Under the pieces are notes generated by a model that saw only the letters and a list, made by a program, of their open reading frames with translations, had not been told where the DNA came from and did not search any database. DNA of 64,000 bases. Origin: Takakia lepidozioides (taxonomy: Eukaryota; Plantae; Bryophyta). Positions 51,114 through 64,000 of the stretch are shown piece after piece. The stretch lies in assembly GCA_030704615.1 (NCBI GenBank), contig CM060732.1:55304001-55368000 (forward strand). The letters are read 5' to 3'. The position numbers and the translations under genes were made by a program. Position 1 is the first letter of the stretch; every line of letters starts with the position of its first letter.

Positions 51114-52656
51114 AGGACTTCAGGTAAGCCAGCATATGGAGGTCTCATGGATCATGTCTTTCTCCTGGTGTTGAACTTCAGGTCTGTCATTTCCATGGGG
51201 TGTATGCTGAGTTAATGGGAAATGAGGCTGGTCTATGCAGGGATAATCTGAAGCAGCCCTTCCGACTGAACACATCTTTTCAATTTTGTGTGTGCATGGA
51301 AATGGGATGGTGAACTATGAGGGGGTGGTGAAGTACTTTACATCTGAAATATTGTGGCTAATAGATGTGAACTGCAGGAGACGGTGAGGAAGACCAATGC
51401 ATCTTTTCAGCCTGCCAACGAGGACTTGTATGTTGTTTTTCATTGAGGTTTAGGGTTTAGGACACACTCTGAACTGCCTCAGCGGGGTTGAAACCGAGCT
51501 CTACGTATTGTTCCCTCGAAGAGGCGACTTTCTAGTATTGGAGACCATCATAACAATAGCATCAGATACAGGGCTCATTCTCTTTCGGTTTGTAGCCTCA
51601 TCAAACTCTTACATGTGAGTTGGGATGTAGTTCAACTTGCTGGGAGTTTGGATCTTTGGTTTGGGTCACTGTAGTTCAGTAGGTATTTCGAATCAGGAGA
51701 CCTTCTTCAAATGCATGGGCTCGAACTCAGTTTCTCCATCATGAGGCAAGCATTTGCAAATGAAGATGGCATTCCAAATTTACACATTTACATGCATCTT
51801 TGTAGTTGAATACCTACTTTGAGTCGCTGGCCATGTACAACTGTTTCATTTGAAGTTGGTATTGTTTCCTTAGCAAAGGACTAGCATTTAGGGTTTAAAG
51901 ACATTTTCCAATGCTCTCTAGCATCCAATAAAGAACGATCACCCATACTTGTGTTCCACATGAAAGGGAGCATGCACAACCGGCAGGAATACAATGCCCA
52001 TGGAATGTTGTTATTTATATGATTGCAGAGCATAGGTGCAAGGACATAGCTGCTAGTGATGTTACAGGGAACGACGTGGACACAAGTTCGTTCGGACCCC
52101 AAAATGTCTAAAATGTCAAGACTAAGCTTTATGCCCATCATAAAATGCAGCTATATTGCCCCCACTCCACTGGGTTCAGATAGCAATAAATATAATGCCT
52201 CTCCAACCACGTTTGCGAACAAAACATCCCCCCCAAAATGAGAATACTGACTGTGGCAATGCCAATTCAAAACGAAGCATCCCTCAGAAGCACCCGCCAC
52301 TTTTTCCCGCCCTACTATCATGTGGGTGGAGGCTGCCAATCAGAGACATTGCCTCCACTTCATGCATGTGTTGTCCATACATGTGGACCAATGCGCACCT
52401 TAGCGGATGGTCGAATCAGTATTCCTTTGCTCCTCAACATGCATGTGCCCATCCGAAATCGTGTGCACATGATTTACCCCCTCCAAAAGTCATGTTCTCC
52501 AGCCTCACTGAACACATACTCTCCCCACACGACACTGCCATTCAGCACTCCCAAACTCGTTGAGTTTCCTCAAATCCCCCATTGCCTCGTCGCACTCTCC
52601 CTCACCCATTTGCCTGGCCTTGCTGCCTCTTTCACTTCTGCCTCTCGCACTTAGCA

Positions 52657-53394
52657 ATGTCAAACGCTCAAGAAGGAGTACGCAGCTCTTGGTTGCAAGA
52701 TGAAGCTTTTGTTGATGTCGACACTCACAAGGAGTTGGTAGGAGATATTACTGGCATCGTCGGGACTCGCATCTCCGGATTGGAAGCGTTGGTGGATTGG
52801 TCAAAACCCACAGCAGGGGACATCATTCTTACAACACATGTATCTGCAAGTAGAGTGGGCTGGTCTGGCTTTTACGATGACACCAACAGTGCAGCTGCAA
52901 AACAGCCTAACACCGTTGTACTCAGGTCAAGATTCATGTGTGCTCCTAACGAAGAGTGGGGGCCACATGCTTTGGGCCTAGACCCTTCGAAGGAGAACGA
53001 GTGTTTTCATATTCTTACCTTGTTTCAATGGGTGGATGAAGGTTGGGACTGTATTAAACTGTTGGACGAACTTCCTTCCCCCATCATGCGCAAGCTTCAG
53101 AAGGGCTACAGACCTGAAAGACCTTGGACCAGGGCTGGTGACATTTGCCTAACTATTGAGGATGGAGTGATGCATGTAATGTTTGCTTCCTTCATGCATA
53201 TGCGGAAGAACTCATCCTCGGTGTTTTTGCGTGTCTTGCCGCATGGGGGGAGCAATCACTTTCATCACTCGGTCTTCTTCTTTCGGTGGGATATGCGTGT
53301 GTGTGTTTGGAAAGAGAGAATGATTAGGCAAGAGGTTCAGGTTCCTAATTATGAGTGGAATTTCAAAGAGGTTGACTGGTCAGTAGCATCCTGA
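52657..53394 (+). CDS. Hypothetical 245-aa protein, intronless, no recognised domain
   Basis: Uninterrupted ATG-to-TGA ORF with globular-protein composition in an otherwise decayed TE region. Confidence 0.5.
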   Translation: MSNAQEGVRSSWLQDEAFVDVDTHKELVGDITGIVGTRISGLEALVDWSKPTAGDIILTTHVSASRVGWSGFYDDTNSAAAKQPNTVVLRSRFMCAPNEEWGPHALGLDPSKENECFHILTLFQWVDEGWDCIKLLDELPSPIMRKLQKGYRPERPWTRAGDICLTIEDGVMHVMFASFMHMRKNSSSVFLRVLPHGGSNHFHHSVFFFRWDMRVCVWKERMIRQEVQVPNYEWNFKEVDWSVAS

Positions 53395-53809
53395 ACCTCT
53401 TTCACTAGCATCGCATAATTTGCCTATTTTCTACGTTTGTGTGACCCTTCAGGGTGGAATTCTGGAAGCATGTGATGTTTGCTTGAACACTACAAATGCC
53501 AAAAAACAGATTGTGACAACAATCTTTCCATGTATTCATGTCCAATGTGTAGTCCTGGTATTCATGGTTTTCATTTTGCTTTCACATGGTTTGAAGGTTC
53601 TCCCACCTTACTTGCACATGCACGGGTTCATGCACTTGCATATGTTCTAAAGTAGGTGCAGCAGGTGGAGTTGAAAGTGAATGACACATGCTGGGAGTTG
53701 TTGGAATCAGTCAGTGTTGGGGTTTTCTCATCAGTGAGCAACCCTCTTCAGGACCATACTCCTGATACCTCTATTCACCAACATTGAAAATCAGGAGGCT
53801 CAGCCTAAA

Positions 53810-55930
53810 CCCCTGCTCCTCTTGGGGTATACAACAGATGGATGCTTGTGCGGAGGGATTTCTGCAGGAAATCTGGAAAGCCTGAACAATTTCCTGAACC
53901 AACGTAAGTCCCAGTACTGGATAAACCCCTCACAAATGTAGGTCTATCGCCTCTTCTGCTGCCCAACCATGGATGTGGGGTCGATGGCCACGACACTATG
54001 GCAAACAACGTCTCATGAGTACTCAGGACCAGCAAGAACATAGTCTCTCCCTGCGCCACTATTCACCAACTTTCAACCACTTTCACAAACTTTATCGAGG
54101 CTGAGCCTAAAGCCCTGGCCATGTTGGGGTCTGATTGTTGGGCAGGTCATACTCAGCAGATTCATGCATGTGTGAAGGACTTTCTAGAGGAATTCTGGAA
54201 AGTCTGAACAATGTCGAACATAGTCTCTCCCTTCAGCTCTGTTCACCAACTTTCAAGAGGTTAAAGAAACTGCGATCCATGCTGAGTTTAAAACCCTGGC
54301 CATGTGGGGGTCTGATTGCTGGGCAGGTCACCCTCAGCAGGTTGATGCATGTTTGAACGACTTTCTACAGGAATGAAGCAAAGTTTCAACAATCTCCTCA
54401 ACCATTTTTTGTATACCAACATAAGTCCCACTACTGTACTGAACCCCTCACGAAGGTAGGTCTATCGCCTCTTCTTCTGCCCAAGAATGGATGCGGGGTC
54501 TATGGCCACAACGTTGTGGCAAAGAACGTATCATGAGTACTCAGAAACATGTCGAACATAGCTGCGACCTGCACCTCTGTTCACCAACTTTCAAGAGGTT
54601 TAACAAACTGCGATCCAAGCTGAGTCTATAACTCTGGCCATGTGGGGGTATGATTGCTGGGCAAGTCACACTCAGCAGATTTATGCATGTGTCAAGGACT
54701 TTCTAGAGGAACGAAGCAAAATTTCAACAATGTCCTGAACCAATTTTGTATACCAACATAAGTCCCACTACTGGACTGAACCCCTCACGAAGGAGGTCTA
54801 TCGCCTCTTCTTCAGCCCAAGAATGGATGCGAGAATGGATGGAGCAGCCCAAATTTCCAAGAGGGGGGGTAGCAAATGATGTGGTGTCTGTGTGGGTGTG
54901 AAGCAGTGAGAGCTGTGGGGGCAGCAATACAGCATTGGGAGGGGATCATGGCCTTGCCCCAGGCAAGAGGGCCATTGCACCAATTTAGCTACCACATGAC
55001 CACTGGTTGAAACAGGTAGTTAGTAGAGAGAGAGAGTCAGAAGGAGAGTAGAGATACATGAGCTAGAGGTGTTGTGGAACCTGGGTGGGTGGTTGAATGT
55101 GTGGGCAACAATGTCCAAGGATGTTGTAAGCTGCAGGGAGAGGGGGTTGTAGTACCAGTACTTACTGGCGTAGAAGCTACGGAATAGGGAGGGCAGACTG
55201 CAGATTGAAGATGAGCAAGAGGGTCCTGTATATGAGAGGGTAGTATGGGTTTATGGGTGTTAAAGAAGACCTTAATGTACTGGATAACATAGCAGCTCTG
55301 AGGCATGCATGTAGTACATACAGCAGGGTGTGTTAAGCTGGTGTAAGGCAAGAGGTGGGGAGTGTGGAGGGGGGAAATTACCATGAATTTGTAATGTGTG
55401 TTGATGCAGGTGCTAGTGTACGACAGATCTGGTGGTGTTAATAGTGGTGGGACAGCATACAGTCTCACATCATCGAGTGTAGTCTGGCCGGTCCGTTGGA
55501 AGGGGGCTGGGCAAGACTTGGTCAGCTGCAGGTCACCCCCAGCAGGTTGATGCATATGTGAAGGACTTTCTAGAGGAATGACAAAGCTGCAACAATCTCC
55601 TGAACCAATTTTGTATACCAACATAAGTCCCAGAACTGGACTGAACCCCTCACAAAGATAGGTCTATCGCCTCTTCTTCTGCCCAAGAATGGATGCGGGG
55701 TCTATGGCCCCAATGCTATGGCAACCAACGTCTCAGAGTATTCAGTACCATGTCAAACATAGTCTCTTCATGCACATCTGTTCACCAACTTTCACCCACT
55801 TTCACAAACTTTTTGGAGGCCGAGCCTAAAGCCCTGGCCATGTTGGGGTTTGATTGTTGGGTGGGTCACACTCAGCAGATTCATGCGTGTATGAAGGACT
55901 TTCTAGAGGAATGAAGGAAAGCCTGAACCA
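53810..55930 (+). repeat. Irregular tandem array derived from the 3' end of the LINE family at 37.5 kb
   Basis: CCCCTCAC..AGGTCTATCGCCTCTTC at ~53926, 54444, 54781 and 55646. CAGCAG.TT.ATGCATGTG...GGACTTTCTAGAGGAA-like at ~54154, 54334, 54673, 55540 and 55873. Both motifs align with the reverse complement of 37475-37745. Confidence 0.8.
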
Positions 55931-56108
55931 AGAGTCTTCAACTCATACCAACTCTGAGAGAAGTAATTGTTACAACATGCATGTACTATATGTCTGAAGC
56001 AGACTTTCATGTACAAACCCCGAAATAGGGAGGCACAAAGCGAGAGTCTGGTGCAATGAATTCAGCCAGTACCAAGTCTTCAATGAAAACATGAGAGTCT
56101 TACAATCT

Positions 56109-57043
56109 CTAACCATTCAGTCCTGCATAGCTGCGGATCTCATCCTCCAAAAACCCCTTAGAGGGGTCTACGACTATTATGTCCCTCTTACTTTCTGGGA
56201 TGAGTTCCAGAAACTCTTGTACCCATCCCTCTCCCATATCTACATGGTACCCCCAATCCACAACACCCTCCCCTTCATAGCGGCTGCTTGTGTGGTGCCA
56301 GGTCTTCAAAACAAGCCTGTCCACGAAACCTAACAGCACATTGCATAAAACCACAGCTCCTTGCTCCTCTTCATCCATTGTGTAGAAACACTTCAGGTTG
56401 CCCATGTGGACTGTCATTGTCCTGACTCCTCCCTGGATTATGTGAACCCACACTTTGTCCTGCCCTTCTTCCGTTTGCACCTTTTCAAGAAGGCGCAAGA
56501 TGACCTCATGGGGAATGTGGGCTGGCAATTCTTCAAATCCTGCATAAATCTTCCGCAGCCTGAAAGCTACACCCGCCCCAAATCCCATTGCAACCTTCAG
56601 CTTGATAGAGTAGTCCCCTCAGAATCTGAGAAGTATTATAGTGTGTGGAGAAGATGACTCCAAAGAGCTATGACAATCTTAGAAGAACACCAGGAAAACA
56701 ATGTATATTGGAGACGACTTGGGTAACCCTAAGATAACAACAGAACTTCCAGATACTCCCTCTTGAAAGAGCTGATGTGAAGAAAAACAACGATGAATCA
56801 CATGAAACACAGAATGACCCTGTGCTTATATTCAATTTTTTGACCTGCTCTTCCACAAGGTCTCAGTGGGACAAACGTGAACTCCCCCCCAGCAGAAAAA
56901 GCACCTATGTATATCCCATCGAGGGTTGCACTGTGTAACGGCTGCACCGTTACACATGGCATTTGCATCCGTTTGTCATCCATCCGTTTTGTGTAGTCAT
57001 CCCATGGAACGATGAAGTCTGTAACGTCGGCACGGTTACACAT
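56109..57043 (-). CDS. Hypothetical, probably spliced protein (ORF segments 57043-~56850 and ~56600-56109)
   Basis: The 159-aa open segment has protein-like composition. Upstream segment lies among ~135-bp degenerate tandem repeats (56945-57260). No recognised domain. Confidence 0.3.
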
Positions 57044-57879
57044 GAAGTTTCGTCCATTCTTCTGTCAGTTGTCTTTTCATCCGCCAACCATCATCCGACA
57101 CTATCATTCTCAATCCTCATGTTCTGCCGTTGTTCATCCCATCGACGGATGAAATATGTGTGCATGATCGGTTACACATGATTGTCCATCCGTTCTTTTC
57201 TCAATTGCCTTTTCCTCCGCAAATCATCATCCATCTATCGCCTCCTCAAACCTCATGTTGTTTTGGCGCGTAAGAGGAAGGTGTGCTTGAATGTACCTGT
57301 GGAGGCTGTTTCAGTTGGACAGTATTATGGCTAATGGCGTTGGTATGTCCACAGAACCGTCGCAGATCATTGTGTACTCTGCTCAGTTGCAAGTTCATCT
57401 TCTTATGATCCCTGTTGTGATGATGCAGTGTGTGTTTACATGAGTGTTGTGGAGAAAATGTGTCATATGTTTAGTTTCTTCAGTTCTCAAAATCAGTAAT
57501 GTATATCTTCATTGTTTTTGAAGGAGGCAGTATACATTGGAGGTGAACCTCACTCGTTCGAGACGTTTGCTGGTTAAGCGTCCTCATGAAGATTTTGCTT
57601 TTGGAATGTTGATGAATGCTTTCCCAATTGGTCTAGGCCGGGGGTGGCAGTGTAGCAAGGTTGGCGGTTTCGCAGCTGTAGTTGTTGGTGACCTAGCAGA
57701 CCGCATTTGAACTGGCATATGTTCAATCGCAACTTAAGTCGCAACTGAAAAAAGCACACTCGCACTTACGTTTGGGCAAAGGCAGACACATTTCAGTGCG
57801 TTTGTTTTTTGTACCGGGGTTTCCAACTTCCTTTGGGCTGCTTTTCATTACAAACTCAGGTCATGGCATACTATTCAGG

Positions 57880-60800
57880 TACGAATGGCAGTCTTATTGA
57901 AGTTGCCAGTCTCAATCAATGGCCATTTATTAGCTTCATTCCCTCTGCAGCGCTCAGTGAGGCAAGGGTGCCCCCTCTCACCTTTCCTATTTCTGGTGGT
58001 GGCAGATACACTCGGCTACATGCTACAGCAAAATCAGACTCCATTGGATAGAATGGTTGCCCAGTAGTGATGCGAAGTGGTTGCCATCTTCCTGTGTCTG
58101 ACTTCCATCTTTGACTTCTGTTTAATTTCTACATGTTTTGTTTGAATGCCTACAATAAAGTGAGAGTTTTTTTGTTCACAAAAAATTCACTGCAAGTTAA
58201 GGGGTAGCATGTAGTTTCAGTTGGAGGCCATACAGAACTTTTCCTGGCTTGCATGCTCTTTACATTACATTGCTCCATATGTCCAAATTTTGTTGACTAA
58301 ATTGATAGGATGTACTCACAAGACGTTGTTTACCAGAGCCTTGTGGCCATAGACCCCGTTTCTTGGTGGACTCAATGTTCGTTGATGATACCTTTTTAAT
58401 GTTGCAAGCCACCCCGGAAAACTTGGACCAGGCGGGGTTTACCTTGAACAAGTTTTGTGCAGCATCTGGATTCAAAGTAAACTAGAATAAGACTTCAGGT
58501 TTGCTGGTAGGGAACCTCTCAAAATCCACAATGGGATCCCCGCCCGCATGGGGAATGGATCAAGGGCTAAGGTGGCTCAAACCTGGGGAGACCACCACAC
58601 TATTGGGCTACACATATGGAATTGGTCTGACAGACCAACAGATTTTTGCTGCCACAATGACCAACTTGAAGAGGAAACTGACTTACTAGGGTTCCAAACA
58701 TCTCTCAATTACAGGTAGAGCCCTTGTAGCTAATCAGATTCATTCAGCTGGATTATGGTATTATGCTTCTTCCTGGCGCCCAAGCTCTAAACAGATTCAG
58801 GAAATCAAGGGCCTGCTTAGGAACTTTGTCTGAGGAGCCGAGACCTCATCCCAAAACAAACGACCGCTTGTAGCCTGGGCCCAAATCTGTTTACCCAAAA
58901 AAAAGGGGGGGTTAGGGATACTCGATCCAGAAACACAGATTGTAGCTCTTCTTGGCAAATGGATACCCAGGTTTCTAGGGCCGGAGGGGGGATGGTGGAA
59001 ATTCTTGGTCTATGACCACATTACAAAATCCTCCCCTCTCAAGACCACCCCATGGAGCCCCTCCCTACGTTGGCTCACTCAAGGATTTAATCTGAAGACA
59101 CTGGGATACGCTCTAAGATCTAACATCTGGTCAGCCTGGGGGCGGCTAAGGAAACTGCTTGTAAAAGCCCAGCCAAGTACCTTCTACGAAGTTAAGAGAC
59201 AACACTTGTTTCTAAACGACACTCCTCTGACCCCTTCTCAGAAAACTAGGCAAAAAGGTGGTCCAAATGGGACTGCCTTGGCATCAGACAAATTCATAAC
59301 ATATGGTTAGGGATTGGTTTCATATCTCTACAATCTATGGCTCAGGCTGTAGGCCTCGCAAGGGCCACAAAAGGCCACCAACAACTTGTTCAATCTGTAC
59401 CAGTGCAGTGGTTGGCCACCCTTTCCGCAGGCCCTCCGGAACCAGTCCCAAAATCTTGGGCACTCATCATACTTCACAACCAGCTTACCATTGTTTTTGT
59501 AGATGACATATCCATAAATGACATAGCTGTTTTCACATTCGCCATCAACACCACCTCCCTAAGACTCACACTTACCTCTACAGAACCTTTGACAATCCAA
59601 ACTATGCCTCTCATCCCAATTCGTGTCTGCTGCTGAACAGCCATAGATAAGGGTATGAATCCCTAGCCACCCCTCACTATCACCACTAGAGCTTGGCTAG
59701 CAACCAACTCCTTTGTATGGATTTTGGGTAGGCCACTGGCAGAATTGGATATTGACCCTTCTGAATGGTTATGGAAATTCAACACCACCCCATAACCCTT
59801 CTTTGCATACACAACAAAAAAGGGCTACAAAGCCCTGTCAATCACCCAACCCATGAACAAGAAATGGGAATCAAAATGAGGGCTCTACAACTTCCGCGAT
59901 GAAAACTGGAAAATCATTGGGGGCTCAGTGTGGATCAAAACCCGGCCATCAAAGATAGCAACTTTCCTTTGGCAGGTTGTTAATAGAGTTCTCAAAGTGG
60001 GGGAATGCCTACAGTTTCAGGGAGCCCTCTTGTGTGCTTGCTGTTCCACTGCAATTTTGGAATCCATCGAACATTACCTTCTCTCATGTCAAGCACCAGC
60101 CAAAATCTGGCCATATGTTAAGTCATTCTATAGATATTGGGACAGAAGACAGCTCACGGATACAGACCTCCTTCTTAACTATGACCCAGCTTCCAAGAAT
60201 AGAACCCTAAATTGCCCAGTGTTTGAAACCCTCAGAGCCTCTACAATGTGGCACTTATAGAAACTACGTTGTAAGAACACTTTCCAAGGCCACACAACAA
60301 CAACATCCTCTCTCCTTGCCACTGTATTTTGGGACTTACAAACTGAGGCTAGGAAAGCATGGGGGAAACTTTGTGCAGACATTGAATGTGACGCCACGAA
60401 TGCAGCTGTGCTCCACATGAAGTTTCAACACACCTGGGGCAGACAGGGCCTCATATGCAGCAGCCCTGTGCAAGACCAATGCAGCTGGAACGAGCTCCCC
60501 CCTCAAGCCTGGCGAGATCTTCGTGCACCACTCCACTCTTTCCCCGGAGTTTGAACAGGACATTAACTGGAAACATCAAAAACCTTCATCGACTGCTTCT
60601 AAGCTGCACTATAGATAGATCTCTCTCTCAGCCCCCCCCTTATTCAAAGATCTTCTTTTTCTCTCCCGACATCGCTATCCCTGCGTCATCGTAGACAGGG
60701 TAGGGTATGTGTTGTTAAGATTTAGGTCTCGGGCAGAGAGCCCTGTTTTTTGGTCTCTTGGACTTTCCTCCAACCGGAGGTGTTTGGCTCATGGATCACG

Positions 60801-60990
60801 GATCTTTGTGTAAGTGTCCATCAGTAGTGGCACGGTATTTTGTTCTCCAGACTTAATCTCCATCAAGAGTTGATTGGCTCTTAATACACTGAATACGGTG
60901 TGTGTGCCTTATGGCGACAACGGGGTTTTAATTTTTTTCCCCACAATAATTATCAATAAAGTAACAAGGGATTCATTTAAAATAATAATA
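57880..60990 (+). mobile_element. Decayed L1/Tx1-clade LINE (RT + zf-RVT), 5'-truncated, many stops
   Basis: SVRQGCPLSPFLF, MFVDD, SGFKVN, GRALVANQ, AWAQICLPKKKGGLGI, PSKIATFLWQ, CACC..ESIEHYLLSC. AATAAA and A-rich tail at ~60955-61005. Interrupted at ~58060-58360. Confidence 0.88.
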
Positions 60991-62913
60991 ATAAAAATAA
61001 TAAAAATGGAAGGAATGTAATATCCACGCAACAGGCTGTACGTTGGAGAGGGTTTCCATGTCCAAATCGATTATTAGGTCACTCCCAACAACGTTCCAAC
61101 GAAGCACTACACCGATCTTGCGTCCCTCTACCAGTTTGACTACATGCAAATGGGTTCCACTTCATTACAATGGTCTGCATCATTACAATGATATGCACGC
61201 TCACTACAGGCTGCCTTGCTACCGCCAGCTAGCTATCAAATGCAACCCTAGAGCGGCTGTGCGGGATGCAGATTTGAAGGATAGGCTAACGCTTAACCCC
61301 AACTGTCTTTCTGGCAGACATTTACTCTGCCTTACAACTCCCTAGCTGCACTCTCTGGACTCCCCGGTTTGGTCCCTCCCCCCACTATGCCCATCTACCA
61401 CTTCTCTGGCCTCCTACGACACAGGTACGTTCCCACATACCTCTCTCCCCCCTCATCCCCCTCTTCCTAACTTGTGGCCTCTCCCAATCGTTGCAGACCT
61501 CAAAACGCTGCCCTCGCCTACGTGCCCAATATCTACACAAATGCTACTCACGAAGGTACAGCATCAGACATTTATCCTATTGCCACCTGCTTCTCGGTAT
61601 ACATCCGCCAGGGTATATTCTCGTGTTACCCTACTCTTGTTTATATCTAGTTGCAATGCCCCGACCCTCTACATAATTGACACTCAAACTCTCACCCTCA
61701 CACCCGTTCTCCCCAAATGTTCACTGCTCCAACACCCACAATTGTACCCAACACTTAACTCATCTTACCACCAGGGTTGGCCACACATCCCGGTATCCAT
61801 ACATACATTGTGCTCAAAACTGGCCCAATCTCATCTTATACAGTAGCGGGTATGATCTTTACTTTTATAAATGTGTTGTTGCCTTACTGGGATATTCCCA
61901 CTATACAGACTACTCATGCCCACTTAAGGGTCTACAGGCCAGCTCTTGAGCTCGCAGATACTCACACCGGATCTTGTTGTGCGGATCTCAGGCTGTCTTC
62001 ATCTCCCTGGCTAGACCAAAAATGCACCAACCCCACATCAAGTACTCCGTCTCCCGGTATTCTCTTACCCACTCCACTCATCACTTGTCACAAGCGAAAC
62101 ATTCCCCACATGGCAAGGGACTCCCACAACAACATGCCGAGCTTTCACACGGCCTATCCACATAATTCTCTATCAGCAACTGTGCCGCATATTCTCCCAA
62201 CTATTATGCATGTGCTCTTTCTCCCAATGCCTGCTCCACCCACCTCCCACCCTACTGGTACTGATACCCCGTGGTGGTGTCCCTGTGTCGTTGGTGCTTA
62301 CAGGTACCCAATGGATTCTGGTGCACACAAGCCAAAGGACCTTCATATACCCATAGCTCACCCCTGGCATCGCCACCCCGACAGTTCCTCTGCCGCCTCC
62401 CGACACTTACCCCAGTCAGTTCCTCCCGCAACTCTTAATGTTATGCTCAACAAAAACTGGCTACACTACCGGTAAGTACCCCACCCACCTTTATACTCTC
62501 CTAACATGCTCAATCAAAGTTGTCAACGGTTCTCCAATTTTGCAGTGTCCACTAGCTCTTCAATTGCACGCACCACACCACGGCTACTCCACAAGTGTCA
62601 GGCGCCACTCCATCATCAGCTCTCAAATATGCAAATGCCCAGTCATGCTTTGCAGTCCTCCCTCAACCAGTATCACCTACACGCCATTGAGCCATTGATT
62701 TTAAGAGAAATAACAATTCCAGAATCCATACTCACTAGATCCGTGGCATAATGTATCATAATAAACATATGACATACTCATCACTACATGTGAAGTGAAG
62801 ATAGTATCACAAATTTATTTCTTTTATAATTCACATTACTATGTTGTGTTGTATTTTGGTTTAATATAAAAATCAACTTACTCTAATACTTTATTATTTG
62901 AATATACTAGAGG

Positions 62914-64000
62914 ATGACAATCATGCCTAAGTTGCACCGTAACACTCGTACTTGGACCAAGCTCCAATGGGTGCAAACAACTATATTATTAGTATGTATG
63001 TTAATTATTTTATTTTGGCAAACAAACATAAGACTACTCTTTATGCCAGACTCATATGCCAATGGAGCTTTTATTATTTTTCCATTACATAGTAATTATC
63101 CTAGTAGTGAGTCGATCCAAATTTCAAACCTACTTGATAAAAACAAAGCTCAATATAGAATGATGTTCAGTAATATTAACAATGCGGCATTATTCATGTC
63201 CCGAATATCTTAAATTATTTGTGTAGATAGGTTTTTGTTTTATCTAAGGGCCTTAATCAGACATGAATAATGGTTGGCTTATTATAATACCATTACATGT
63301 ATTTAGTTTATAACATATTTAATTGATGTAACATATAATAAAATAACATTGTATTTGTAGGGAGCAAATGAACTCTATGAACCGACCTTATCTAGTGAAT
63401 TGTCGAACTGACTCAAACTGTCAAAGGATACAAGCGGAAATTAATTTAGATGAAGATCACTTTGGTTGTGATGCGAATTCGTCTTACTCTTGTGGATATG
63501 GAGCTTATTATGCGGATGGTTACACTTCTTTTGGTTATGTGATGCAAGATGTTATTACTGTAGACCTTATTGAACATGTAGCTGCTAAGAAAACAACTTT
63601 GTCCCCTCGTATTTATCTGGGGTAAATATCGCATGTCATGGATCCAATTGTCATATTGTTATGACATTTCATTATTTGATCTTACAAAGTTATAAGATCT
63701 CATGTGGAATGAATGTTTTTCCTTTCAATTATAAATTATTACAATAGCTATATATATTTTAAATATTAATAAAAATATTACGTAATTAGAATTAATGAAT
63801 AAATTACCAACATCGACAGATGTGGGGTTCGACAAAATCCGGCTATCGAAGGTGATGTTGACATGGTTGTAAAAGATGGAATGCTTGGCTTAAGTGGATC
63901 CAACACTGCACTACCTGGACAATTAAAATTGTATGGTATCATTGGAAAGAATACACTAGGGCATTGCTTCAGTGATCGAGGACTTGATCAATCAGGTTAT
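62914..64000 (+). pseudogene. N-terminal part of a nucellin-like A1 aspartic protease, runs off the window edge; probably defective
   Basis: Hydrophobic leader + IFPLHSNYP, CGYGAYYADGYTSFGYVMQD, IYLG|CG, DGMLGL, LPGQL..GII..NTLGHCF. No DTGS exon is visible and there is an apparent frameshift near 63385. Confidence 0.75.

Noticed and set aside
61043-62751. C-rich ORFs (e.g. 61777-62475) as genes, or a CACTA element starting at 61202
   Set aside because: Pro/Thr/His-rich ORFs reflect strand compositional skew. No matching TAGTG terminus or TSD was found.

Overview
Eukaryotic nuclear DNA from a land plant, probably a non-seed lineage (inferred from the bryophyte/fern-style PLS-DYW protein, so uncertain). 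The first ~43 kb is gene-dense. It holds degenerate OSB-type PDF-motif exons (-), two near-identical inverted copies of an acidic-repeat, divergent Dof zinc-finger gene, a PLS-E-DYW PPR editing factor preceded by PDF-motif exons, a RING-FYVE-SYLF (CFS1/FYVE2-like) gene, CPSF73-II/INTS11 (-), a PSS1-like kinesin-1 (-), and a PPR-SMR gene carrying a 5'-truncated LINE in an intron. The last ~21 kb is a repeat nest. It holds a ~950-bp GC-rich island built of consecutive and nested hairpins, the C-terminal (-) and N-terminal (+) halves of nucellin-like aspartic protease gene(s), a pseudogenised MULE/SWIM transposase, orphan ORFs, an array derived from a LINE 3' end, and a decayed L1. The strongest novelty candidates are (i) a fold-back hairpin at 26.1-26.3 kb derived from, and antisense to, the duplicated Dof-like genes, (ii) a possible OSB-PDF/PPR-DYW fusion, and (iii) the multi-hairpin island at 45.0-46.0 kb. 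All exon boundaries were read by eye and are predictions.
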